DNA of 64,000 nt from positions 7,400 through 71,399 of the forward strand of contig DAOUCZ010000171.1 of NCBI GenBank assembly GCA_034431675.1. The letters run 5' to 3'. Positions 53,123-62,521 of this stretch are shown piece by piece. Both the position numbers and the translations under genes were made by a program. Under the pieces are notes generated by a model, which was given only the letters and a program-made list of their open reading frames with translations, ran no database searches and was not told the DNA's origin. Origin of the DNA: Anaerolineae bacterium. GTDB taxonomy: Bacteria > Chloroflexota > Anaerolineae > Aggregatilineales > Phototrophicaceae. Positions within the stretch are counted from its first letter, which is position 1. Each line of letters starts with the position of its first letter.

Positions 53123-55018
53123 TCATCTGAATGGTGGGAACTGCACCCCTTCTACACGGGCCGGAATGAACGGAATCGTCTCGGCGGCCAGCGCGATGTT
53201 ATATACCGCAAGATTACCCGCCCCGCTGGCATAGCCGGCCAGTGTGCCGCCGTCGGTGCTGATGCGCGCGCCTTCGAGGTAGGGCAGGGCGGGGATGGCG
53301 ACAGCGCCACCGGTGGGGGTGACATCAAACACGCGCAGGGGGGCGGGCAAGCTGTCGGCGCGGGTGAGCAGCACGCGCACCGGCCCAGCGGCCAACGGGG
53401 CGAAGTCGGACAGAGTGAAGCCGGCAGGGGCGGCATAGAACAAGGCCGGCTCTGGCGCTTGCAGGTCGATCAGGTAGAGGCCAGAGGGTTGATCGGGCGT
53501 GACTGCCCCTACTGCCAGAATCCGGCCATCGGGCAGGGGTTTGGCCTGCCTAAACGCGCCCAGACGGCGCACTTCCCCACTGGTTTGGGCGTAGAAGCCA
53601 AGGTCACCGTCGGGCAGGGTGACCAGCAGGCCGCCGGCGGCGCTGGCAAAGCCCAACAGGCGGTAATCGGTCAACAGGGGGGTGGGTGGGGTGCTGCCGC
53701 TCAGGTCGGCCAGCACGATTTTCGCGCCGGCCTGAAAGGCCACCGCTGCACCGCTGGCGTCAAAGCGTGGGTATGACAGCAGCGTATCCGCGCTTTGATA
53801 CAGCGGGGTGGGAGTGTCAGTATTGGGGGGCAGGATCCACAGCGTATTTTCGCTGATGTAGGCAAGGGTGCGCCCGTCTGGCGCGACATCGAAGGCGGTG
53901 ATGGGCGTGGGGTGAGCGGTAAGGGGGACTGCCGGCCCGCCGTCCGCTGGCAGCTGCCATACTTGCGCCGCCCCTGTGCCGTCATCGGCGAGGAAGTGCA
54001 CGGGCGCCGTCAGCGGCAGGTTGGGGATGCTGGGCAGGCGTACCGCCCCCCACGCATAAGCGGCAACATCGGTGAGCGGCAGCGGGAAGCCCTGTGCGCT
54101 GAGGGGGTCTACCAGCACCACAACCCCGCCTTGCAGCGTGACCATCAGGCGGCCACCGGGCGTCCAGCGCAGACCGGTCAGGTCAACGCTGGTCTGGCTG
54201 ACCTGTGTGACTTCGATGCCGCTGACAGTGGTGCGCACCTCGTGCAAAAATGCAGCGCCTTCGGTGATGCGGGTATCGTTGGGCTGTTTGCCAAACACCA
54301 CCACCGAGCCATCGGGCCGGCGGGCCGGCTTTTGATACTGTTTGCGGGCGTCGGCCAGCGTGATTTGCTGGTTGGCATTGGCGGTGTCGAGCACGAAGAG
54401 GCCGCCTTCGGCAGGGGCAATCATCAGCAGGGTGTTGCTGACCCATGCCGCCCCGCGTGAAGACGGCAGGGCGGCGTGCAGCACCAGCTGCGTGCCATCG
54501 CGCCGATATACCCACCACACGTCATTTTCGGTTTCAGCGGCCAAAAAGCGCCCATCGGGCGACCATGCAAGGGTGAGCACGGGCGAGACAGACACGTCGG
54601 TGGTGATGCCGCCGAAGAAGGCGGCCCGCAGTCCGCCGTCGCGCGTGTAGGCGATGGCTGCGCCATCGGGCGACCATGCGATGCTCTCGCCGCGTCCACG
54701 ATAAGGAGGATAACCGGCCTGTGCGTCAATCGGGCGGTTTTCGCCCGTCAGCATGTGGTAGATGTTGAGCGCGCCAGCCTCGGTGCGATAGGCCAACCAG
54801 ACGCCGTCGGGCGACAGGCCGAAGTCGATGGCTGCGCCGCCGGTGGGGGTGACCTCGGCGACGCCGGCAGCGCCCAGCCCAAAGCGCTGGATTGATCCGT
54901 CGCGCAGCAGGGTATACAGCTCGGTGGGCAGGTTGAGGCCGTCTTCTTGGGTATGGGCCGGCGCTGCCCGCCCGATGAAAAGCGTGAACAGGAGTGCGAG
55001 CAAAAGGGTTTTGGTCAT
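53123..55018 (-). CDS. Secreted PD40/WD40-like (TolB-type) beta-propeller repeat protein
   Basis: Signal peptide MTKTLLLALLFTLFIGRAAPAHTQ. Recurrent PD40-like strings: SPDGVWLAY, WSPDGAAIAY, WSPDGRFLA, RRPDGSVV, APDGRTLAY. Confidence 0.8.
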   Translation of the reverse strand: MTKTLLLALLFTLFIGRAAPAHTQEDGLNLPTELYTLLRDGSIQRFGLGAAGVAEVTPTGGAAIDFGLSPDGVWLAYRTEAGALNIYHMLTGENRPIDAQAGYPPYRGRGESIAWSPDGAAIAYTRDGGLRAAFFGGITTDVSVSPVLTLAWSPDGRFLAAETENDVWWVYRRDGTQLVLHAALPSSRGAAWVSNTLLMIAPAEGGLFVLDTANANQQITLADARKQYQKPARRPDGSVVVFGKQPNDTRITEGAAFLHEVRTTVSGIEVTQVSQTSVDLTGLRWTPGGRLMVTLQGGVVVLVDPLSAQGFPLPLTDVAAYAWGAVRLPSIPNLPLTAPVHFLADDGTGAAQVWQLPADGGPAVPLTAHPTPITAFDVAPDGRTLAYISENTLWILPPNTDTPTPLYQSADTLLSYPRFDASGAAVAFQAGAKIVLADLSGSTPPTPLLTDYRLLGFASAAGGLLVTLPDGDLGFYAQTSGEVRRLGAFRQAKPLPDGRILAVGAVTPDQPSGLYLIDLQAPEPALFYAAPAGFTLSDFAPLAAGPVRVLLTRADSLPAPLRVFDVTPTGGAVAIPALPYLEGARISTDGGTLAGYASGAGNLAVYNIALAAETIPFIPARVEGVQFPPFR

Positions 55019-55103
55019 ATTTGTCAACAGGCTGTTGGGCAGAGTCTGAGTGTATATTAAACGTTGTGTGGCTTGACATGCAACCAAACGAGAGGAATTT
55101 CCC

Positions 55104-55892
55104 ATGACAGACAGCCCGGTGATGCCCGGTGCACAGCCGTTTTTTGCCCGTGGAGGCCCGTTAGGGGTAGTGGTGATGCATGGGTTTACGGCCACCCCGC
55201 ACGAGGTGTTGTGGCTGAGCCAACATCTGGCGGGGCAGGGGCATACGATTTATGCTCCACGCCTGAGCGGCCACGGCACGCAGCCCCAAGACCTTGCGCG
55301 GGCGCGCTATCACGATTGGGTGGCCAGCGCGGTGGATGCGGTCTCGGTGCTGCGGGCGCAGTGCCAGCAGGTGGTGGTGGCTGGCCTATCGATGGGCGGA
55401 TGCTTGGCGCTGAATGTGGCGGCACGTCTGCCGGTGGATGGGGTGGTGGCGATGGCCGCGCCGACTCAGGTGATTGGCATTGCGCCTAATCGACTGCGCT
55501 GGCTCAAGTATCTGCGCCCATATACCGACCAAACCGACCGCGGGCCGTTTGCCGATTATATTGCACAGCAGCAGGACGAGCGGGGCGAGCCGGCATTGGG
55601 GCGCGTGCGCTATGGGCTGTGGTCTACGGCGGCTTTTGAGCAGTTGATGCGCCTAATTATCGAAACGCATGGCCTGCTGCCGCACATCCGCGTGCCGGTG
55701 TTGGCGCTCTATTCGCAGGCTGATCATGTCGTGCCAATGGGCCATTATGAGGCGCTGCGCGCGGGGTTGACCGGCGTGACGCGCTTTGAGTCGCACATCT
55801 ATGAGCGCTCTGGGCACATCCTGACGCAGGACATCGAGAAAGACGATGTGTTTGCACGGGTGGCGGCTTTTGCGGCGTCGATAACCGCGTGA
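55104..55892 (+). CDS. Alpha/beta-hydrolase carboxylesterase (Est/MGL-like)
   Basis: VVVMHGFTATPHEV, nucleophile elbow GLSMGG, and C-terminal SGHILTQD. Confidence 0.82.
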   Translation: MTDSPVMPGAQPFFARGGPLGVVVMHGFTATPHEVLWLSQHLAGQGHTIYAPRLSGHGTQPQDLARARYHDWVASAVDAVSVLRAQCQQVVVAGLSMGGCLALNVAARLPVDGVVAMAAPTQVIGIAPNRLRWLKYLRPYTDQTDRGPFADYIAQQQDERGEPALGRVRYGLWSTAAFEQLMRLIIETHGLLPHIRVPVLALYSQADHVVPMGHYEALRAGLTGVTRFESHIYERSGHILTQDIEKDDVFARVAAFAASITA

Positions 55893-55896
55893 GCGC

Positions 55897-56796
55897 CTAA
55901 GACAGGCGCATCCGACGTGCCTCGGCTTGCGGCGCATCGTTGTAGTTGGTGGCCTGTACCTCGTCCATGGCGTGAATCAGGTCTTGCAAGCTGGCCACTT
56001 CCTCTTGGATTTCGCCGCGCATCCGGTTCATCTTGCTGCTGTCCACCTCGGATGTGCCAAGGCGCGACATCTGCGAGTACATCGTGCCCAGCGAGGCAAG
56101 GGCGGTCTCCAGCTGGATTTCGGCGCGTTTGGCGTTGGTGGTGGCGGCTTGCAGGTTTTCGAGCTGCTGCTCTAGGGCGCGCAGCTGGCGCTGAAGCTCG
56201 TTGACCACCGACTCGCTGCCGGCCTTGCGCGATTCCATCTCGATGCGCTGCTTGACCTTGCTGATGCGCTGTGGGACTTCTTTGATGTCGCGGCTGACCA
56301 GCTGGTTATCGGCGTATTCGTCGAGGTGCAGCGACAGGTCAACCATCCCCTGAATCCACTGATTGACGTCATCGACGGTTTGCAGTAGGTTCATCTTCAG
56401 CGAGCCTTTGGCGCGGTTGGCCAGCTCCAGCATCTGTGTGCGGTATTCCAGCGCCTTTTTGACGTGCTGGCGCGCCACCGGGTTCTTGATGCGGTCGAGG
56501 TTGAGGTTGTCCTCAAACATGCGATTGACGGCCTGCTGGGCGGCTTCGGGGTCGGTGAGGGTAGAGATGAGGAAGCCGGCGGCAGCTGCGCCACCCCCCA
56601 CCAGCCAAAACCAGCTTTGCCACCCGGGGATAAAGGTGTTGTTGCCCACAAGGAAATACAGCACCAGCGTGAACGCAACGGTAAACAAAAACTGCGGACT
56701 TTTGAGCGCGTTGGTCAGGATAGCCCCAAAGGCGCGCTGGCGTAAGGTGGTGATGTCGTTGTCTGGCATGGTTTTGGGTCGCTTCGGTACAGTCAA
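55897..56796 (-). CDS. Membrane-anchored coiled-coil protein encoded directly downstream of pspA
   Basis: Two TM segments (FLFTVAFTLVLYFLV and WFWLVGGGAAAAGFLISTL) are followed by about 200 aa of heptad-like, Glu/Gln/Leu/Arg-rich sequence. The start may be ATG 56769 (MPDNDITT). Confidence 0.7.
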   Translation of the reverse strand: MTVPKRPKTMPDNDITTLRQRAFGAILTNALKSPQFLFTVAFTLVLYFLVGNNTFIPGWQSWFWLVGGGAAAAGFLISTLTDPEAAQQAVNRMFEDNLNLDRIKNPVARQHVKKALEYRTQMLELANRAKGSLKMNLLQTVDDVNQWIQGMVDLSLHLDEYADNQLVSRDIKEVPQRISKVKQRIEMESRKAGSESVVNELQRQLRALEQQLENLQAATTNAKRAEIQLETALASLGTMYSQMSRLGTSEVDSSKMNRMRGEIQEEVASLQDLIHAMDEVQATNYNDAPQAEARRMRLS

Positions 56797-56874
56797 GGGC
56801 GAGGGGGCGCGGGGCAGGTGGCTGTTCGGTCGGATACCTGCCCCGTGCAGGTATAGGTGGGTTAGATGACGGGC

Positions 56875-57555
56875 CTACTGATTGTTGAGCAGGCGCTTGC
56901 GGCGCTCTTCCAGCTGGCGCTCCAGCTCGGTGCTGCGCACCGCGTCGTCGATTTGGTCGGCGATGTTGCGCGTGGCCTGCTCTAGGCGGGCATCTTCGCG
57001 GTCAAGGCGGGCACGGATGGACTCGGACAGGCTGCTGATTTGCTCGTCCCCAATCGTGGCGATTTGGTCGAGGCTCTTCATGGTTTTGGCGGCAATCTTC
57101 TTCGATTCCATCAGTTGCAGCAGGCCCAACAGGTGCTCGCGTTCTTGCTTGATGGTGACAAGGCGGGTTTGCAGCTTGGCGCGCATCCCCAGCATCAGCT
57201 CGTATTGGGCGTTTTGCTCTTCCCACTGCTTCAGATATTCGGCAGCGAGGCCGCGCTTGGTGTTCAGCTGGGCTTGCGCGGCGATGGCGAGGTCGTCCTT
57301 GCCGGCAATAATCAGCTGGTCGATGTCGTTGTCCAGCTTGTCGGCGGCGGCGTTGAATTCTTCGTATTTGCGGCGCAGGGTCTTGACCGTGCCGCCGACG
57401 TTGGCGGTCGATTCTTCCAGCTCCTCAAGGTTGCGCTCGACCTGCCGGATGTATTCTTCCAGCACCTTGGGCGAGTTGGCTTCCAGCGCGCGGTCAACAA
57501 GGCTGTGCAGGCTGGCGCTAATCAGGGTGTTGATTTTCTCGAACAAATTGGCCAT
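56875..57555 (-). CDS. pspA: PspA/IM30 (Vipp1/LiaH) family membrane-stress protein
   Basis: MANLFEKINTLISASLHSLVDRALEANSPKVLEEYIRQVERNLEELEE is the canonical PspA_IM30 N-terminus. The whole protein is coiled coil, 226 aa. Confidence 0.9.
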   Translation of the reverse strand: MANLFEKINTLISASLHSLVDRALEANSPKVLEEYIRQVERNLEELEESTANVGGTVKTLRRKYEEFNAAADKLDNDIDQLIIAGKDDLAIAAQAQLNTKRGLAAEYLKQWEEQNAQYELMLGMRAKLQTRLVTIKQEREHLLGLLQLMESKKIAAKTMKSLDQIATIGDEQISSLSESIRARLDREDARLEQATRNIADQIDDAVRSTELERQLEERRKRLLNNQ

Positions 57556-57806
57556 GTTTTATCTCTTGCCCCTTTGGTGGCTTTGGCTTGCAAAGATGAG
57601 GGAGGTTGGTAGCGAACACAACTCACAGTATAACACGCTTGCGCCGTGCTGACGTGTGCTTGTGCCGTGGACTGTACACCCAATTATTGGATATGCGGCG
57701 GGGTTGGCGGTAAAATCAGGTCGGATGAAAGCGGTTTCAAAGCCGGTTTTATCGGGCCAAAGCAGTGTTTTGTGTGGTTTTTAAGTCATCTTGGGACGGC
57801 TTTCTG

Positions 57807-59729
57807 ATGGTCGATTTTGAATACGAGTTAAATCTGTCGCTTGAGCGGGTGCTGCCGCGTGTCCGTGCCGTGTTGTCGGATGCAGATCAGGCGGTGTTTG
57901 TGCCGCGCCTGCGCCAGCATTTTCCGGCCTTGTTTGGCCTGCTGACCGAGCTGTATGGCCAGCATTACGACTTTTTTTATCACCTTCAGCAGATTGTGGA
58001 GACGCTGGCGGGGGCATTTAAGGCGCGCTCGGCCCAACTGCGCCGGCTGGATGATGAGCGGTTGGCTGCGCCGCACTGGTATCAGCGGCGTGGGATGTTG
58101 GGCTATGTGTTATACGTAGATTTGTTTAACGAGTCGCTAAGCGGTGTGCGCGAGAAAATCGGCTATCTCAAGCAGTTGGGGGTGACCTATCTGCACCTGA
58201 TGCCGCTGTTCAAAGCGCCAGAAGCCAACAGCGACGGCGGGTATGCCATCAGCGATTTTCGGGCGGTGAACCCGCGCCTTGGCACGATGGATGAGCTGCG
58301 AGCGCTGGCGGAGGAGCTGCGGGCGCAGGGCATCTCGCTGGTGCTGGACTTTGTGTTCAATCACACCTCGGATGAGCATGAGTGGGCACAGAAGGCGCTT
58401 GCGGGGGATAAGCGGTATCAGAAGTTCTATTTTATGTTCCCTGACCGCACCCTGCCCGATCAGTATCAGCCGATGCTGCGCGAGATTTTTCCCGAGCAAG
58501 CGCCCGGGGCGTTTACGTATTTGCCCAAGACCGGCCAGTGGGTATGGACGACCTTCAACACGTTTCAGTGGGATTTGAACTATGGCAACCCCGACCTGTT
58601 TTGCGCCATGTTGGGCGAGATGCTGTTTTTGGCCAATCAGGGGGTGGAGGTGCTGCGGCTGGATGCGGTGGCTTTTATCTGGAAGCAGCTGGGCACACCC
58701 TGCGAGAACCTGCCGCAGGTGCACACCATCATACAGGCCTATAACGCCTGCGCGCGCATCAGCGCGCCGGCGCTGCTGTTCAAGTCAGAGGCGATTGTGC
58801 ACCCTGATGATGTGGTGAGTTACATCAGCGTGGGCGAGTCGCCCATCAGCTATAACCCGACCTATATGGCGCTGCTGTGGGAGGCGGCGGCCACCCGTGA
58901 TGTGTCGCTGCTGCGCTATGCCATGGAGCGGCGGTTTGGCCTGCCAGAGGGGTGCGCATGGGTGAACTATATCCGCTGTCATGATGACATCGGGTGGTCG
59001 TTTGCTGATGAGGATGCGCGGGCGTTGGGGATTGATGGGTTTGGCCATCGGCAGTTCCTCAATCAGTTTTATACCGGTCGGTTTGAGGGCAGTCACGCGC
59101 GCGGCCTGCCGTTCAATTACAACCCGATCAATCAGGACATGCGCATCTGCGGGTCTGCTGCGTCGCTGGCCGGGCTAGAGCGTGGGCTGATGGATGGGCG
59201 TCTGGATTGGGTGAAGGCGGCGGTTGACCGGTTGGTGATGATGCACGGGGTGATGATTGCGGCGGGCGGCATCCCGCTGATTTACAGCGGGGACGAGATC
59301 GCCCAGCTCAACGATTATCGCTTTCAGCAAGACCCGCACAAGGCAGGGGATGAGCGCTGGGTGCATCGCGCGCCGTTTGATTGGGGGCGGTTGGCCGAGG
59401 CCGAGCGCCGCCCCGAAAGCCCACACGGGCAGGTGCTGGCGCGTGTGATGCGCTTGGTGCGCCTGCGCGCGCAGCACGATGCTTTTGATGGGGTGGAGAC
59501 CTATTTCTTCGACAGCGGCAGCCGGCACATCCTGACCTTTGCGCGGGCTGGGCGCGTGGTGGTGGTGGCCAACTTCTCTGACCATGCCCAAACGCTGCCG
59601 TGGCGTGCCCTGCATCGGGTGTGGGGGATGCCCAACCGTGCCTCGGAGTTAATCAGCGGGGAAGTGCTGGACGTCCATGCGCCGCTGACGCTGCCGCCGC
59701 TGGGGCTGATGTGGATTGCGGCGGACTAA
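57807..59729 (+). CDS. Amylosucrase-type GH13 alpha-glucan enzyme
   Basis: GVTYLHLMPLF, DGGYAISDFRAVNPRLGT, LVLDFVFNHTSDEH, GVEVLRLDAVAFIWK, YIRCHDDIGW. About 640 aa. Confidence 0.88.
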   Translation: MVDFEYELNLSLERVLPRVRAVLSDADQAVFVPRLRQHFPALFGLLTELYGQHYDFFYHLQQIVETLAGAFKARSAQLRRLDDERLAAPHWYQRRGMLGYVLYVDLFNESLSGVREKIGYLKQLGVTYLHLMPLFKAPEANSDGGYAISDFRAVNPRLGTMDELRALAEELRAQGISLVLDFVFNHTSDEHEWAQKALAGDKRYQKFYFMFPDRTLPDQYQPMLREIFPEQAPGAFTYLPKTGQWVWTTFNTFQWDLNYGNPDLFCAMLGEMLFLANQGVEVLRLDAVAFIWKQLGTPCENLPQVHTIIQAYNACARISAPALLFKSEAIVHPDDVVSYISVGESPISYNPTYMALLWEAAATRDVSLLRYAMERRFGLPEGCAWVNYIRCHDDIGWSFADEDARALGIDGFGHRQFLNQFYTGRFEGSHARGLPFNYNPINQDMRICGSAASLAGLERGLMDGRLDWVKAAVDRLVMMHGVMIAAGGIPLIYSGDEIAQLNDYRFQQDPHKAGDERWVHRAPFDWGRLAEAERRPESPHGQVLARVMRLVRLRAQHDAFDGVETYFFDSGSRHILTFARAGRVVVVANFSDHAQTLPWRALHRVWGMPNRASELISGEVLDVHAPLTLPPLGLMWIAAD

Positions 59730-59813
59730 CAGGGTAATCGCTTCAAATTTTCTGGTCGTAGGGGCAGTTCGTGAACTGCCCGACGTCACGGGCGCATCGC
59801 GATGCGCCCCTAC
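59730..59813. repeat. 84-bp dispersed repeat, copy B (both hairpins intact), between convergent gene ends; likely bidirectional terminator
   Basis: 81 of 84 nt are identical to 35210-35293. Hairpin 1 is GGGCAGTT-CGTG-AACTGCCC. Hairpin 2 is the perfect 20-nt palindrome GGGCGCATCGCGATGCGCCC. The outer pair is GTAGGGGC/GCCCCTAC. Confidence 0.9.
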
Positions 59814-59819
59814 CAAGCC

Positions 59820-61421
59820 TTATTCAAACAGGCGCAGCAGCTTGAGGGCGGTTTGCAGGTTGATGCGCTGGAGTGGGTCGCCCAAATCGACGTGAATCAG
59901 CTCGGTGATGCGCCCCAACCGATAATTGAGCGTGGAGCGGTGGATATGGAGGGCCTCGGCGGTGTGGATGCCGCTGCCGCCGAGGTCGAGATAGACCTCT
60001 AGGGTGTGGAACAGGTCGGCGCTTTCGGATTGGCGCAGGGTGCGCAGCGCGTCGGCGTGGGGGTTGGCATACAGCGCGTCTGAGCCGGCCCGCCACAAGG
60101 CCAGCAGATAGCCCAGCATGTCGGCGCGGATGAGCCGGTCAGCGGGGGCAAGGCGGGCGGCGACCGCCAGCGCGTCTTGGCATTCACGCACGGCGCGCAG
60201 CGCATCGGCGATGCTGCGGGTGGGGCTGCTGACTGCCACGCGCGGCGGGTTGGTTGGGTCACCGGCTTGCGCAGCCACCAACAGCGAGGCGATTTTGAGC
60301 GCGTCGGGGTCGTCGGGGGTCAGCAGGACGATTTGTTCGGCGTATTGGCCGGTGAGGGCAGTGTGCCCATGTGAGACCAGCGTGCGCTCGATGTTGGCGA
60401 TGGCGCGCACGCTGGCACGCACGCCGTCAAGGCAAATCAGCCGATAGGGGGCGCGCAGGTTGAGGCCATAGCGTTGGGCGCGCTCGGCCAGCAGGTCTTC
60501 GCGCTCGGCAGCTTTGGGGGTGAGCAATCTTGAGAGGAATTCGGCGCGCTCCGAGGCGGCTTCGCGCTGGGCTTTTTCCTGTCTCAGCAGCATCAGGGCG
60601 GCGATGGTTGCCCCGCTCTCGACGGCCATCCGCTCTAGCTCCGAGAACGGGTGCGCGTCGGCGATAATCCACAGATAGCCATAGATTTCGCCATGAACCA
60701 CGACAGGGGCAAGGATGCGTTCCATCTCCAGTCCGACGTCGGGCATCCGCGGTAGGGCGGTGGGGCGCAGGGTCTTGCGGATTTGCGGCAGATAGCCGCG
60801 TTCTTCCAGCGCGCGGATTAGGCGCGGGTCGGTGCGGCCCTGCTTTTGGGTATAGCGGCGGGCCTCGTCCACATCGGCCACGTTTTGGGAGGCGTAGGCC
60901 TCAAAGCGCTCGTTCTCGATGCTGACCGATTGATTGATGAGGGTGGCGAGGGTTTCGGCGAGGTCGCGCAGGTCGCTCTCTTCCTCCATCACAAGGCGGG
61001 TGAGTTCTTGCTGGATGTGCAGGGCCTGCCGCACCTCGCGCTGCGAGATTTGCATGTTGATGGTGCGGGCGATGTCCACAAACAGCATCTGATAGGGCAG
61101 GGCAATCAACGGCAGGCCAAGTGCATCGGCTTGGGTGCACAGGTGGGCGGGGATTTCGGGGATGTAGCGCCCGACGGCAATCCCCAATGCGGCGATGCCC
61201 TTGTGGTGCAGCGCGCGCAGATAATCCTCTTGTTCGGGCTGGGTGGCCGGCATGTTGATATAGGTGGTGAGGGCCAGCTCGCCGCCGTTGAGCCAGTTGG
61301 CGGCGTCTGGCACGCCCACATTGTGCACCCACTTAATCTCGCGCGTCAGGCCGGCATGGCCGGCCACGCAGCGCGCACCTGCGAGGATGTCGAGGTCGAG
61401 GGCTTGTGCAACGGTGAGCAT
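59820..61421 (-). CDS. PucR-family transcriptional regulator
   Basis: The N-terminus MLTVAQALDLDILAGARCVAGHAGLTREIKWVH is PucR-like. C-terminal HTH AEALHIHRSTLNYRLGRITEL. Confidence 0.85.
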   Translation of the reverse strand: MLTVAQALDLDILAGARCVAGHAGLTREIKWVHNVGVPDAANWLNGGELALTTYINMPATQPEQEDYLRALHHKGIAALGIAVGRYIPEIPAHLCTQADALGLPLIALPYQMLFVDIARTINMQISQREVRQALHIQQELTRLVMEEESDLRDLAETLATLINQSVSIENERFEAYASQNVADVDEARRYTQKQGRTDPRLIRALEERGYLPQIRKTLRPTALPRMPDVGLEMERILAPVVVHGEIYGYLWIIADAHPFSELERMAVESGATIAALMLLRQEKAQREAASERAEFLSRLLTPKAAEREDLLAERAQRYGLNLRAPYRLICLDGVRASVRAIANIERTLVSHGHTALTGQYAEQIVLLTPDDPDALKIASLLVAAQAGDPTNPPRVAVSSPTRSIADALRAVRECQDALAVAARLAPADRLIRADMLGYLLALWRAGSDALYANPHADALRTLRQSESADLFHTLEVYLDLGGSGIHTAEALHIHRSTLNYRLGRITELIHVDLGDPLQRINLQTALKLLRLFE

Positions 61422-61427
61422 CGGCGT

Positions 61428-62504
61428 TTAGGGGATGTCGTCCAAGGTCAGGGTGGGGGTGGCTGTGCGCTGCTTGCGCAGCACAGCGGCCTTCAGCTGG
61501 CCGCAGCCGGCGTCGATGTCGATGCCGCGGCGTACGCGCACGGTGGCCGGCACATCATAGCTGCCAAGGATGTCGATGAAGCGGCGCGCGGCCTCTGGGT
61601 CGGATGGGCGTCCGTCATAGCCGCCGGTGGGGTTGAGCGGGATGAGGTTGACATGTGTGAGCAGGCCAGAGACCAGCTTGCCAAGGGTGTGAGCCTGCTC
61701 TGGTGTGTCGTTTTTGCCGGCAATCAATGCCCATTCAAAGGTGACGCGGCGACCCGTTTGGTCGATGTAATAGCGGCAGGCGTCGATCAGGTCGGCTAGC
61801 GGATAGCGCTTGTTGATGGGCAGCAGGGCGGCGCGTTCATCATCGGTGGCGGCGTGCAGGCTGATGGCCAGCTTGACTTGTAGGCCCTCATCGGCAAAGC
61901 GGCGGATTTGGGGCACAAGGCCAACCGTGCTGACGGTGATGTGCCGCGCGCCGATGCCGAGGTCGCTCATCAGGCGGCGGACAGCCTCCAGCGAGGCGTC
62001 GTAGTTGTGGAACGGCTCACCCATGCCCATCAGCACCACGTTGGAGAGGCGGTCACCGCTGGCATACAGCAGCTGGGCAAAGCGCACCGCCTGCTCAACG
62101 ATTTCGGCGGCGCTGAGGTGACGGGCAAAGCCCATCTGGCCGGTGGCGCAGAAGGTGCAGCCCATGGCACAGCCGGCTTGGGTGGAGATGCAGGCGGTGC
62201 GGCGGTGGTCGTCATAGGGCATCAGCACCGATTCAATCAGCTGGCTGTCTGGCAGCTCATAAAGGCGCTTGACCGTGCCGTCTTTGCTGGTGCGCTCGGT
62301 GGCAGGCGACAGCACGCCCAGTGTGGTCTCGCTGTGCAGGCGTTCGCGCAGGGCGGTGGGCAGGTCGGTCATGGCCTCAAAGCTGCCGACCGGTTTGTCA
62401 TAGAGCCAGCCCCAGACCTGTTTGGCGCGAAAGCGGGGCTGCCCCCACTGCGCGAGCAGGTCGGTGAGGTCATCTTGGCGAAGGGTGTATAGGTTGATGG
62501 GCAT
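61428..62504 (-). CDS. rlmN: 23S rRNA/tRNA (adenine-C2)-methyltransferase RlmN (radical SAM)
   Basis: RFRAKQVWGWLY, radical-SAM CAMGCTFCATG, VVLMGMGEP, and GIDIDAGCGQL at the C-terminus. Confidence 0.94.
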   Translation of the reverse strand: MPINLYTLRQDDLTDLLAQWGQPRFRAKQVWGWLYDKPVGSFEAMTDLPTALRERLHSETTLGVLSPATERTSKDGTVKRLYELPDSQLIESVLMPYDDHRRTACISTQAGCAMGCTFCATGQMGFARHLSAAEIVEQAVRFAQLLYASGDRLSNVVLMGMGEPFHNYDASLEAVRRLMSDLGIGARHITVSTVGLVPQIRRFADEGLQVKLAISLHAATDDERAALLPINKRYPLADLIDACRYYIDQTGRRVTFEWALIAGKNDTPEQAHTLGKLVSGLLTHVNLIPLNPTGGYDGRPSDPEAARRFIDILGSYDVPATVRVRRGIDIDAGCGQLKAAVLRKQRTATPTLTLDDIP

Positions 62505-62521
62505 GGTGCTCTCTGGTTCGG

